Virus record (IMG/VR): IMGVR_UViG_3300021387_001477 | Origin: a virus | Taxonomy: Duplodnaviria > Heunggongvirae > Uroviricota > Caudoviricetes | Length of the DNA stretch: 64,000 bases | Direction: 5' to 3' (one strand) | Shown: positions 36,337 to 45,849 of the stretch, one piece after another | Layout of the letters: each line of letters opens with the position of its first letter | Position numbering within the stretch: the first letter of the stretch is position 1 | Made by a program: the position numbers and the translations under genes | Notes under the pieces: model-generated | Database searches by the model: none | Seen by the model: the letters and a program-made list of their open reading frames with translations, nothing else | Told to the model about the DNA's origin: nothing

Positions 36337-37887
36337 ATGCTAAAAGAAAAAGTATTATATTCATTGCGGGATATTTCTATAATTCCCGCAGTATCGACTA
36401 GTATTAGATCAAGAAAAGAATGTGACCCCTATAGAAAAAGTATAGAGGGAGAACCCGGATGGTACCCTTTGATTGCCTCTCCTATGGACTCTGTTATGGA
36501 TGATACGAATTGGAAATATTACTGGGATAATAAAATATCCTGTGTTATTCCAAGATCTATCCCACAGAGTTACCAAGAAAAAGGGTATGAGGATGGAGGA
36601 TATGAGGCTTGGTTTGAAGAAAGGAGAAAATTATGCTCTAAGGTATTTTGTGCATTTAGTTTGAAGGAAGCTAAGTGGTTCCTGGATAACTCTTATGACT
36701 ATAGTGATAAAAGCTTTAGTGATGGCCTGAGGATTTATGTCTTAATTGATATAGCCAATGGTAGTATGCAAGAGGAGATAGACCTTGGAAAAGAACTAAA
36801 GAGGAAGTATGGAGAAGGAATAATATTAATGGGAGGAAATATTGGAAATCCCCAGACGTACCTTCTTTATGATCAAGCCGGGTTTGATTTTCTTAGAGTG
36901 GGAATCGGAAGCGGACAGGGGTGTTTAGCCGGAAATACTAAAATTCCCATGTCTGATGGAACTACAAAGAATATAAAGGACTTAGTTGTTGGCGATCATA
37001 TTAAGACTATTACAGGAGACCAAAGAGTCAATGAGATTATACAAAATACCTCTGATCAGTTAGTAACAATAAATAAAGAACTGACATGTACACCAAATCA
37101 TAAATTATTTGTAATTGACAAAGACAACGGGGATCTAGTGACTAAAGAAAATATAATTTCCTTAGGACATTATGTAGAGGCTGGAGACCTAGATAAGGGG
37201 AAACATTTATTAGTCAAATTAAAGACGGAAAATTTAAAGGAAAAACTTAATAACAATATAGGATTTAATAACCCCTATAAAGCAATGGATTTTAGGCTTG
37301 AAGAAATAACCTCAATAGAAAAGATTGAAAAAGCCGTATCTACGTTTGATATAGTAGTTTCCGGAGAAGAGCACTCATTTATTACAGAGGATGGATATAT
37401 CGTTCACAACTGCCTAACTTCCACCTCAACGGCAATCCACTATCCTTACGCATCTCTGATAAGTGAAATATCTGAAATGAAGGATAGATATCATAGTCAC
37501 TGTAAAATTATAGCCGATGGAGGAATGGCATGGTATAGCGATATAATTAAGTCTCTTGCCCTTGGTGCTGATTATGTTATGTGTGGAAAAATATTCTCAC
37601 AGGCAGCAAAGACACCAGAAGAAGTAGGCCAGACATTGGTATATCGAGGAATGTCTACTAAAGCTGCTCAGGCTGGGATGGGGAATACAGGAACTCTTAA
37701 GACCGCCGAAGGAAAGAGTATGGAAGTCGTGAAGGAATATACTCTCTCGGGGTGGACGGAAAACTTTGATTCTTATCTCAGAAGTGCTATGTCCTATTGT
37801 GACTCTAGATCATTGAAAGAATTTAGGGAAAAGGCCATATGTCAGGTTATCTCTCCGAACGCCTCTTCACAAATAAATAATAAATAA
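36337..37887 (+). CDS. GMP reductase/IMP dehydrogenase-family (GuaC-like) protein interrupted by a mini-intein
   Basis: VGIGSGQG-C[intein]-LTSTSTAIHYPYASLISEI and IIADGGMAWYSDIIKSLALGADYVMCG match IMPDH/GuaC active-site loop and ADGG/ALGA motifs; extein ~353 aa. Confidence 0.6.
   Translation: MLKEKVLYSLRDISIIPAVSTSIRSRKECDPYRKSIEGEPGWYPLIASPMDSVMDDTNWKYYWDNKISCVIPRSIPQSYQEKGYEDGGYEAWFEERRKLCSKVFCAFSLKEAKWFLDNSYDYSDKSFSDGLRIYVLIDIANGSMQEEIDLGKELKRKYGEGIILMGGNIGNPQTYLLYDQAGFDFLRVGIGSGQGCLAGNTKIPMSDGTTKNIKDLVVGDHIKTITGDQRVNEIIQNTSDQLVTINKELTCTPNHKLFVIDKDNGDLVTKENIISLGHYVEAGDLDKGKHLLVKLKTENLKEKLNNNIGFNNPYKAMDFRLEEITSIEKIEKAVSTFDIVVSGEEHSFITEDGYIVHNCLTSTSTAIHYPYASLISEISEMKDRYHSHCKIIADGGMAWYSDIIKSLALGADYVMCGKIFSQAAKTPEEVGQTLVYRGMSTKAAQAGMGNTGTLKTAEGKSMEVVKEYTLSGWTENFDSYLRSAMSYCDSRSLKEFREKAICQVISPNASSQINNK
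36922..37410 (+). mobile_element. mini-intein (163 aa, no homing-endonuclease domain) in the catalytic Cys loop of GuaC-like protein
   Basis: Begins CLAGNTKIPMSDGTTKNIKDLVVGDHI (Hint block A), ends ...FITEDGYIVHN followed by extein Cys. Confidence 0.6.
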
Positions 37888-38177
37888 TGGAAATAACGCC
37901 AGAATTACTAAAACTCTTTCCAAAATATATGAGATGGAAAGATGAGATCACACTAAAAGAATCTGGATTTCATTTCTTTGATCCAGAGACATTAGTTATA
38001 CTTAGAATTAATGTAGAGAAAGATGGCAGAATAAGAGTATGCCTTGTTCCTGGGAGCGATAACACAATACGATATGCTACTCCTGAAGAAAAAGAAAAAT
38101 TTTATAGCCAGTCTAATGTTGTATATCTAGATAAAGACGAAATATCTGATTTTTATAGACATGAACACGCTAACTGA
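37887..38177 (+). CDS. hypothetical protein
   Basis: 96-aa ORF. Confidence 0.45.
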   Translation: MEITPELLKLFPKYMRWKDEITLKESGFHFFDPETLVILRINVEKDGRIRVCLVPGSDNTIRYATPEEKEKFYSQSNVVYLDKDEISDFYRHEHAN

Positions 38178-38646
38178 TTTACTTAGAGAATTATCAAAAA
38201 TATCAAAAGTAGAGGGATTACGACTAAGGTCTTGGGCACATGGTGAAGTTTTTCTATCTTCGTACACCAAAGATAAAATTGTATGTAAGAATTTGGGAGG
38301 GGAAGTTTTTGAATATGATGAAAATGGAAAAATACACCCCGCCGGAATGACAGTACTATATCCTTGGGAAGGAGATTGGCAGAAATTCCTTAAGAAAGCC
38401 TATGAAGACTGGGACATGCAAAATCTAAAAGATGGAGAAATATGTTTGGTTAAGAGAGAATATTTAGCTCCGTGGATTTTGGCAGTCTATTCATATCGAC
38501 TTGATGGAAAGATTTATGCCAAGACGGGAAAAGAAAATGAAACTTTTGAGTGGTGTATATCTTGGTTAGGAAATAAAGACTACCTTGGAAGAGAAAGTTT
38601 CCCGGATTGGATAGATCCTGGAGTTGAAGAAATGAAGGAGAGTTAA
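38161..38646 (+). CDS. hypothetical protein
   Basis: 161-aa ORF. Confidence 0.45.
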   Translation: MNTLTDLLRELSKISKVEGLRLRSWAHGEVFLSSYTKDKIVCKNLGGEVFEYDENGKIHPAGMTVLYPWEGDWQKFLKKAYEDWDMQNLKDGEICLVKREYLAPWILAVYSYRLDGKIYAKTGKENETFEWCISWLGNKDYLGRESFPDWIDPGVEEMKES

Positions 38647-38736
38647 TTTCTCCTTCTTTTTTTTATCGTCGAAAAAAAAAATAAAGAGCCTGAGACTTTT
38701 AAAATCCCAGACTCAAACACATAATAATAAACAACG

Positions 38737-39468
38737 TTATTCTACAACTCTAGCACCGTGATACTCGACAGCCTCCTTGAAAATCTTAAGACTTTCTGCA
38801 GATTCGTCTATAGTAGCCATGCAAGAATCGAGGAAAACAAGTTTATTTTCATACATCGAAGAGAATACCATATCTCTTACGGTTCTAGCCACGCAAACAT
38901 CCTTAGCTACCCCAGCCACATAGATTTCATCATACTCATTGAAGAGATTTACAGGATAATCGTTTGTGAACATTGAGAAGCATTCAACATATGGATTCAA
39001 ACCTTTCTGGAGAATTCCATAAGATTTCTGAAGTCCATAATCAATCTGACGGTCATTCAGTGCTTTAATCAAGGAGTCGGGGAATGCCCAACCCCAAGAA
39101 CCGAGGATACAGTGTTCTGGCCAAATTGTAATTCCACCATTAGATTTTGCCTGATTGATGAGAAGCTCAGTGCGGCCTGAATCGGAATTGTTTCCAAAAC
39201 AGGGAACACAACGTCCTTTTTCAATGTCCTCAGCCATAATCTTCTGGAACTCCTGTAGTTTGTCTTCGGTTTTCCAAAAACAGGCATGGCCAAGGTTATA
39301 TCTATAGTGAGAATCCTGTGTGAGAATAATATCAATATCTTCTTTTATATTCTTAACGAAGCTAATGATATTCTCAACAGCCTTATCCCCTCCGTTTACA
39401 TAGAGACTTCCTTTAGGGTCTACGAAATCGTTTTGGGGATCTACGATGAGAAGCAGTTTCTTAGGCAT
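38737..39468 (-). CDS. pncA: isochorismatase-family hydrolase, nicotinamidase (PncA)-like
   Basis: LLLIVDPQNDF...; catalytic Cys context VAGVAKDVCVARTVRD; adjacent to pncB-like gene. Confidence 0.5.
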   Translation of the reverse strand: MPKKLLLIVDPQNDFVDPKGSLYVNGGDKAVENIISFVKNIKEDIDIILTQDSHYRYNLGHACFWKTEDKLQEFQKIMAEDIEKGRCVPCFGNNSDSGRTELLINQAKSNGGITIWPEHCILGSWGWAFPDSLIKALNDRQIDYGLQKSYGILQKGLNPYVECFSMFTNDYPVNLFNEYDEIYVAGVAKDVCVARTVRDMVFSSMYENKLVFLDSCMATIDESAESLKIFKEAVEYHGARVVE

Positions 39469-39859
39469 TCTTAAGAACCTTCTTGCGATATTCGCTGTTT
39501 CTCTTTCTCACCCCGGCTGTCTTATCCTCCATAAATTTGGAGAGATTTTCGAGGATCTCGCTGAAGTGTTCAGCCTTCTCCTTTACCGTGTTGTAGAAAC
39601 AGGTATAGGCTGCGTCCTTGGCCCGGGATCTTGCCAGCTTTTTACCAACCTTAACGTCGTAGGTATCATTGGGGTCACACACAGCAACTCCAACTGCCCG
39701 GCGATACTTCGAGGACAGACCGATTCCCTTTACGAAATCAACTCCACCGGCGCATTCAATTCCTTTCGGTCGGTAAACTAGAATACACGTAACTTTTTTC
39801 AGACCATCTTCGGTCGTTTCTTCCTGATAAACAGGCTCTCTAAATGATAATTTGAACAT
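39461..39859 (-). CDS. hypothetical protein in NAD-salvage operon
   Basis: 132-aa ORF between pncA- and pncB-like genes. Confidence 0.4.
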   Translation of the reverse strand: MFKLSFREPVYQEETTEDGLKKVTCILVYRPKGIECAGGVDFVKGIGLSSKYRRAVGVAVCDPNDTYDVKVGKKLARSRAKDAAYTCFYNTVKEKAEHFSEILENLSKFMEDKTAGVRKRNSEYRKKVLKNA

Positions 39860-39881
39860 AATTTATAAACGTTTATAAAGG

Positions 39882-41111
39882 TTATAGAGATATTCCAAGT
39901 TCAGTAGCTGCTCTCTGGAGTTCCGCTTCGTCTCCCATATGTTTCCCCAGATCGTCGGAGAGCTTTATACATTTTCTCCAATCCTCTCTTTCGCTAATTC
40001 TAACACTATCAAGTTTCATGACAATATTAGACGGCTTGAATTGTTCAATATTTCCGCAAAGATTTGTTCCAATACCAAACGAACACCTAATTCCCTTTCC
40101 GTCACAATATTGTTTTACTGTAACTGCTTTAGGAAAATCTAGTGCATTAGAGAATACTATAGTCTTTGTTCTGGGATCTATTCCAAGCTCACGATATCTT
40201 GCTATAGCTTTATCTACGAACTCAAATTCGTCTCCACTATCCTGTCGTATGGAATTGAAGAGGTTTGCATGTTTCTTTGAGAAATTCTTGAAGAATATAT
40301 CACTTCCAAATGTATCAGTGAGCATACACCCTAAATCACCATGATATACATCTGACCAACCCTCCATAACGATATAATTGGCCATTCGATATCCAAAGAA
40401 AGATGCAACTGCCATAACGACCTCATGTGCTAATGTTCCGATGGGCTTGAGACCATATTTCATAGCAAGATAGCAATTACTAGTTCCAGTACAATTATTT
40501 TTCCCTGAACCAGTTGCTAAAGTCTTCATAACATAATCCTGAACCTTAAAGCTTGATCTTCTCCTAGTTGAGAAATCTGCAACCTTAAGCTCATTGTCAT
40601 TCATTATAGTAATCTTCCGATCTAAGTTTTTCTTTACAATATCTAAATCATCAGACTCCCCTTGAACTTCATGATAAAGCTCTGAGACTAAAGCTAGGAT
40701 TGGTACCTCATAGAATGTCACCTTATATAGAAGATCACATACTGTAATATTAAGGTGTCCAGAATCATCCAGTTTTGCGCTAACCTTCTTTGGATCAAAT
40801 CTAAATCCTTTAAGCCACTCCCAATAGAATTGAGGAATATACTTAATAGTTTTCTTAGCCCACTCAAATTCTTCATCCTTCAGGGCCAGTTTTTCTAGAT
40901 TCTGTATCTCTTCGTTTAAACGCTCGATAAACTCTTCACTGTATACTCTATTATCTCTATCTTTAAATTTGAAAACACCTTCCGCCTCCGGATAGGTCTT
41001 CATATAAAAATAGCTCATAGAGAACTTATATAAATCATTATCTAAAATAGATACTATAAATTTATATTCTTTCATCTTATTTATAAGGATTTTAGTATGC
41101 TTCAAACTCAA
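39882..41111 (-). CDS. pncB: nicotinate phosphoribosyltransferase (PncB)-like
   Basis: N-terminal LDNDLYKFSMSYFYMKTYPEA ~ NAPRTase TDLYKxTM motif; ~400 aa as expected. Confidence 0.55.
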   Translation of the reverse strand: MSLKHTKILINKMKEYKFIVSILDNDLYKFSMSYFYMKTYPEAEGVFKFKDRDNRVYSEEFIERLNEEIQNLEKLALKDEEFEWAKKTIKYIPQFYWEWLKGFRFDPKKVSAKLDDSGHLNITVCDLLYKVTFYEVPILALVSELYHEVQGESDDLDIVKKNLDRKITIMNDNELKVADFSTRRRSSFKVQDYVMKTLATGSGKNNCTGTSNCYLAMKYGLKPIGTLAHEVVMAVASFFGYRMANYIVMEGWSDVYHGDLGCMLTDTFGSDIFFKNFSKKHANLFNSIRQDSGDEFEFVDKAIARYRELGIDPRTKTIVFSNALDFPKAVTVKQYCDGKGIRCSFGIGTNLCGNIEQFKPSNIVMKLDSVRISEREDWRKCIKLSDDLGKHMGDEAELQRAATELGISL

Positions 41112-41583
41112 GTCCGATTTCCCTCATCCGCTTTTCTATAAGATTGCACAAAACCGAATCTTTTCCTATATCCTGAAAGAAATAAACTACAGAGATCCCG
41201 TCTATAATTTTATCTTTGTCCAAGATAGGATAAATTTCCATAGTTCCAATATGATTTTCCCCATATATATTACTTGCTTGAGCCCTATGACTAACCACTG
41301 TTGTTTCACGCTTAATTGTTGGGGTATCGAAGGCATTTCCATCCATTTTTCTTGGCTCCTTAAAAGAGATTTTTCTTCGTTTATAGTAACTATTCTGTGT
41401 AGAGAGATAATAAAATGGAAGGCTAGAGTCATCAGGAACAATAATTCCAAACTTATATTTTTCAACCCCAGAAGGATATCCATGAATAAAGTAAAACCTC
41501 ATATTCTTCTCCTTAGCCATATCTACAAATTCATTTTTCATGGCCTTATCGACCTTCATCCAATCTGTTTCTATTAATTTCAT
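41092..41583 (-). CDS. hypothetical protein, first gene of NAD-salvage operon
   Basis: 163-aa ORF overlapping pncB start. Confidence 0.4.
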   Translation of the reverse strand: MKLIETDWMKVDKAMKNEFVDMAKEKNMRFYFIHGYPSGVEKYKFGIIVPDDSSLPFYYLSTQNSYYKRRKISFKEPRKMDGNAFDTPTIKRETTVVSHRAQASNIYGENHIGTMEIYPILDKDKIIDGISVVYFFQDIGKDSVLCNLIEKRMREIGLEFEAY

Positions 41584-41792
41584 TACATAAATAAGAAAAA
41601 GGCGGCGTGGATAGAGAAAATTCCTTATATCTGTGAAAAAGAAAAAGAAGAAAAAGTATGATCCTGTAAAATTAGCAGCAGGAGTACGACGAGAATTAGA
41701 AATAAAGGAACACGGAAAACAAATATCCTTTAGATCTGGTTCCGTATTTAAGTCAAAGAAAAATTATAAAAGATTAAAGAAGGTTGACCTAA

Positions 41793-42440
41793 ATGAAGCT
41801 GAAGAATAAGATCATAGATTCTGGGAATGTATACTTTATGTCTGATCTTCACTATAACCATGAAAATGTTTTAAAGATGAATAATAGAAATTTTAGTGGG
41901 ATTAGTGAGATGAATGAATATATTGTAGATACTCTCAAGAATACGATAAAGCCTGGAGATGTTATATTTGAACTTGGGGATCTCTTCTGGAGAACAGATA
42001 CAAAAGAATGTCAAAGCGTTCTTGAGTCTATTCCAACAAAAGAAATATATAAAATCATTGGCAATCACGATAAAATAAAGCTCTATGATAATGGAGAAAA
42101 TGAAGCTCCATTAAAGAAATATTTTAAAGTGATAACCGATATGCTTGATATTACCATTGAAAGCGGCGGGAAAAGTTATATGGTAACCCTAATGCATTAT
42201 CCGAGTATAGATTGGAATGGAATGTATCATGGCTCTCTTCATATTCACGGACATACTCACGGGCACTTGGATGAATTTGAAAAGAATCAGCCAAGACTTA
42301 TGGTTGATGTTGGTTTTGACGCTCAGATATGTAAGAATTATGGAAATTTTTTAATTCCATTTTCTGAAATCCTACGATATATGAACGAAAAGACCGGCGG
42401 AAAGGACTTTTATAAATGGGCAAAAGAAAATTATGGTTAA
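41793..42440 (+). CDS. calcineurin-like metallophosphoesterase
   Basis: DLHYNHEN, GDLFWR, GNHD, GHTHGH motifs. Confidence 0.6.
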   Translation: MKLKNKIIDSGNVYFMSDLHYNHENVLKMNNRNFSGISEMNEYIVDTLKNTIKPGDVIFELGDLFWRTDTKECQSVLESIPTKEIYKIIGNHDKIKLYDNGENEAPLKKYFKVITDMLDITIESGGKSYMVTLMHYPSIDWNGMYHGSLHIHGHTHGHLDEFEKNQPRLMVDVGFDAQICKNYGNFLIPFSEILRYMNEKTGGKDFYKWAKENYG

Positions 42441-42783
42441 CAAGAAAGAAGACTTAGTTCCAGGTAAAACATATTACTACTACTTAATTGTGCTTAATGA
42501 ACCCTATGTAAACCTGGAATACCCAAATCGAAATGCTAAAATTACTAACGTAATGGATATTTTTAGTAGTTTTGTACCTCCATGTCCAGTTGTATATAGT
42601 AGATCATACTATTTTACAAAAGAGGATGGTAATGATGTCTGGTGTAGCAATCTTTCCAGGATATATGAAAATTTGGAAGACTGCATAAAAGACTATAATG
42701 ACAGAATAGACCTTGTATTAGATTACGTTAGGGGATTTAAAGAAGAGATCGTTAAAATATCAAAAGCTGAAGTATTATTATGA
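42433..42783 (+). CDS. hypothetical protein
   Basis: 116-aa ORF. Confidence 0.45.
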   Translation: MVNKKEDLVPGKTYYYYLIVLNEPYVNLEYPNRNAKITNVMDIFSSFVPPCPVVYSRSYYFTKEDGNDVWCSNLSRIYENLEDCIKDYNDRIDLVLDYVRGFKEEIVKISKAEVLL

Positions 42784-43115
42784 TAGATAGTTCACAATTA
42801 CGTAAACTTTTAGAGTCTGGCGAAGCAAAGAATAAAGTTCTTTACTATGCTAAGGTAACTTTCTCATGGTCTCGGTCGGAATTTAAATCAATATCCATTA
42901 GAAAAGTGAGTATTAATGAAACATCACTTTGGTGGGGAAAGCCGAGAATGAAAAATCTAGACACCGGCACAATATTTAAGGCCAACTACAGTGAATTGTT
43001 CTTTACGATAGAAGAAGCCATAGAAAAAATAAAAGAACATCTTGGGCTTTTAAGGAATATGCTATCTGAATATTCTAATCTGTTGCCAGAGATAGAGGCC
43101 CTTAAGATAAAATAA
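42780..43115 (+). CDS. hypothetical protein
   Basis: 111-aa ORF. Confidence 0.45.
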   Translation: MIDSSQLRKLLESGEAKNKVLYYAKVTFSWSRSEFKSISIRKVSINETSLWWGKPRMKNLDTGTIFKANYSELFFTIEEAIEKIKEHLGLLRNMLSEYSNLLPEIEALKIK

Positions 43116-43150
43116 AGAGAGGATTAAATTTCCTCTCTTATCTTTTTTAT
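43116..43150 (+). terminator. bidirectional intrinsic terminator (AGAGAGGATTAAATTTCCTCTCT + T-run)
   Basis: Hairpin between convergent genes. Confidence 0.55.
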
Positions 43151-43873
43151 TGTAGTTTCTTTATCTAATTTCTCTCCATCTTTATTATATTCCATTGAGA
43201 ATACAATAGAGTCACCAATTTTTATAAATTGATTATATGTCCACTCATCTGTAGACAAGGCTAGGAGTAAAAATCCTTTTAAACTATCACAAACAATTCC
43301 TTTTTCTTCTTTGGAAAACTCTATGGCATTAGCTTCTCTAGACAATACAATATATCCACTATTATCCTTTGAATTATACCACGGCCTTACATCTAGTTCT
43401 CCAAATATATTCCGTATCTCATGAACTATGGCTATTCCTTTCTCTCTATTATCAAATTTTATAGATACTTGATTAAATAGGTAGTTATGTGGCACTTTAA
43501 ATCTCTCTTTAATTTCATAAAGCGTAATGACATGATCAGACCCGTCCTGAACCTGCCCAAAAGGAACGCTAACATATTTTCCTTCTCTAAGATCTCTGTT
43601 CTTAACTTTTGTCTGAAAAGAACTGCCAATCTTAGCTAATTCCAAGAAGTACTCTATATTCTTTACCGATAGAATGTAATTATCCAATTCTCCACCTAAT
43701 CTAAGAATATTATATTCTCGATCGGTGTAACATGAATAAGTTCCACTCTCTCCATTTGTTATTATAAAATTTCCAGTCGTATCTCCAACTTTCTGATATC
43801 CAATACATTCAAGGGTATTTCTAACCTCTTCTGTATTAATACCTGCCAAAATACAATTATAATTAAATTTCAT
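43124..43873 (-). CDS. hypothetical protein
   Basis: 249-aa ORF. Confidence 0.5.
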   Translation of the reverse strand: MKFNYNCILAGINTEEVRNTLECIGYQKVGDTTGNFIITNGESGTYSCYTDREYNILRLGGELDNYILSVKNIEYFLELAKIGSSFQTKVKNRDLREGKYVSVPFGQVQDGSDHVITLYEIKERFKVPHNYLFNQVSIKFDNREKGIAIVHEIRNIFGELDVRPWYNSKDNSGYIVLSREANAIEFSKEEKGIVCDSLKGFLLLALSTDEWTYNQFIKIGDSIVFSMEYNKDGEKLDKETTIKKIREEI

Positions 43874-44234
43874 ATCGTCTAAGAATGTTTTGTGCTGTTC
43901 CTGATGTCCACTTTCCTTTAGTTATAAATGCAATATCGAAATCACTATTCATGGTCATGGCCGAATCCCTCTCTATATCACTTTTATATCCTCCTGAGAG
44001 ATTAAAGTCCTGGCTGTATAAATGTCTAGGAGAATCAAACATATGATATACAGTTACTTTGGAATGATCATAGTTATTTCCGAGATATTCCTGTGCCATA
44101 TAATCGACGCCCTCGTAATCTCCTATAACAAAAGATGCGCCCTCAGACATAGCCTCATTTATTTTCGGAACATAATATTTGTCAAAGTCCTCTTTACTTA
44201 GATTTCTATGACCTGATATAAAATAAACTTTCAT
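43863..44234 (-). CDS. hypothetical Rossmann-like (SLOG/DprA-like?) protein
   Basis: MKVYFISGHRNL...SFVIGDYEGVDYMAQEYL. Confidence 0.35.
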   Translation of the reverse strand: MKVYFISGHRNLSKEDFDKYYVPKINEAMSEGASFVIGDYEGVDYMAQEYLGNNYDHSKVTVYHMFDSPRHLYSQDFNLSGGYKSDIERDSAMTMNSDFDIAFITKGKWTSGTAQNILRRYEI

Positions 44235-44236
44235 TC

Positions 44237-44270
44237 TATATATAAGAAAATCGAATTCCTTATATATAGA
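44237..44270 (+). promoter_or_regulatory. divergent back-to-back promoter pair (CTATATATAAG minus-oriented, TTCCTTATATATAG plus-oriented)
   Basis: Two opposed copies of the promoter core 10 nt apart. Confidence 0.5.
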
Positions 44271-44290
44271 TAAAACAAACTAATAACAAA

Positions 44291-44410
44291 ATGAACAACA
44301 GCAGTGATTATGTACGGTTTGATGCCGTAGAAGACGAACTTAAAGTAGAAAAAGAGGAGAAAAAGGCGGATACTTCCCTTATTAATGAGGAGGTTATCCA
44401 CTTTGGTTAA
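44291..44410 (+). CDS. small acidic ORF (39 aa) downstream of plus promoter
   Basis: Hand translation MNNSSDYVRFDAVEDELKVEKEEKKADTSLINEEVIHFG. Confidence 0.3.
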   Translation: MNNSSDYVRFDAVEDELKVEKEEKKADTSLINEEVIHFG

Positions 44411-44461
44411 ATTAAGAGTGGAGACTAATTCCACTCTTTTAATTTTTTAAAATATATTATT

Positions 44462-45031
44462 ATGGAGATTAAACCGTATATAGATTACTTACTTAATTCT
44501 AAAATTCAAAAGGATAAAGGTTTGGAGTTACTGAGAGGGGACGATAAACTTTCGGCTGATGAGAAAAACCTAATCTATGCATATTGTTATCCCCGTCAAT
44601 TATTGGATCGAGAGCTGCCGCAAAGATTTAAAGACTATAGATCTAAACATGATACAGCTCTTTCTATAATTGACTCCGGAGAAACAACCTTAATTGTAGA
44701 GGCTGGAAGAACACAACAGTATGGAAGATTCATTAAACACCTTATGCATGCTTTCGGAGATCCTAGAAAGATATTTCCAATCGAAGGAGTAGAAACTGAT
44801 GAATGCTCTATCTGTGGAAATATTCTTATGGAAAAAGACTTATGGACTGACAGAAAAGGGAGCGAATTAGAATTAGCCTATGGAAGTACAGAGTCTGGGA
44901 TTATACTATGTAAAAAATGTCTGCTAAATCTAATGAAGGCTAAGGAAATATTTGACTCCATAGATCCAGGATTCTTAGATTGGACAAAACGAGGGGCATG
45001 GGATAAATTAAACCCATTAAAACGCGCTTAA
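44462..45031 (+). CDS. hypothetical protein with CxxC...CxxC
   Basis: 189-aa ORF, CSICGN...CKKC. Confidence 0.45.
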   Translation: MEIKPYIDYLLNSKIQKDKGLELLRGDDKLSADEKNLIYAYCYPRQLLDRELPQRFKDYRSKHDTALSIIDSGETTLIVEAGRTQQYGRFIKHLMHAFGDPRKIFPIEGVETDECSICGNILMEKDLWTDRKGSELELAYGSTESGIILCKKCLLNLMKAKEIFDSIDPGFLDWTKRGAWDKLNPLKRA

Positions 45032-45135
45032 GAGGGGCTAAAAACATTATATGTAGAGAGGAGAGAAGATGAGAAATTAAATTTTACCATTTTCTCTCTT
45101 GATTTTAATTTTAACTAAATTTTACGTAAAGTTTT

Positions 45136-45798
45136 ATGCCTAATGATGTTATTTTAAATTCCAACGGTGTTGTAGTTGAAAACATCGGTTGGAACAAAAG
45201 ATCTGCAGATTTCTTAATTCAGAAGTTTATTAATGTGATCGATCAAGATCCTGAGTATAAACTTTCTGACGAGGAAATTGCATCAAATCCTGCTACCGCT
45301 ATTAGCAATGCAACTCCCGAGGTACTTTTTGTCGGAGAGTGGGGTAAACTGGCTGTTAAAGTTGTGCCATTTATCGCTGGAACTCCGAACCTTGTCTGGG
45401 AAAGTTCTAACCCTGCCGTCTTAGTTATTACTTCTGATGGTCATTTCAGAGCTCTTGCTACCGGAACTGCTACCATCACTGCCACGGATATTAATAATCC
45501 TGAAGTAACTATGGAAGCCAGTATCGAAGTTATTGCTGCTCTGACTAAGGCCACCGTAACTCTCGACAAAGAAGAGGCTAGTGTTGTAGTTGAAGCAACT
45601 GCACAACTTACCGCCGAGACTAACTCTACCGCCACTATTATTTTTGAATCTAGTGATGAAGAGGTAGCTACTGTAAGTGAGGAGGGTCTGATTACTGGTG
45701 TTGCTGCTGGTACTGCTGTTATCACTGCCAAGGTAGAGGCTGAAGGTAAATATACTTCTGCCGAAGCAACTTGTGCTGTGACCGTAACTGCAGAGTAG
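45136..45798 (+). CDS. Big_2 (bacterial Ig-like) domain protein, probable virion surface/structural protein
   Basis: Two repeats of ...VITSDGHFRALATGTATITATD / ...EGLITGVAAGTAVITAKV type. Confidence 0.55.
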   Translation: MPNDVILNSNGVVVENIGWNKRSADFLIQKFINVIDQDPEYKLSDEEIASNPATAISNATPEVLFVGEWGKLAVKVVPFIAGTPNLVWESSNPAVLVITSDGHFRALATGTATITATDINNPEVTMEASIEVIAALTKATVTLDKEEASVVVEATAQLTAETNSTATIIFESSDEEVATVSEEGLITGVAAGTAVITAKVEAEGKYTSAEATCAVTVTAE

Positions 45799-45849
45799 TT
45801 TTAAGTGGAGGAGGAAACCTAAACCTTCTTCCTCCACATCTATTTTATT

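Noticed and set aside
45421-45837. 138-aa and 96-aa minus-strand ORFs
   Set aside because: Antisense to the Big_2 gene; Ser/Ala/Thr-rich mirror translation of a GCT/ACT-rich sequence
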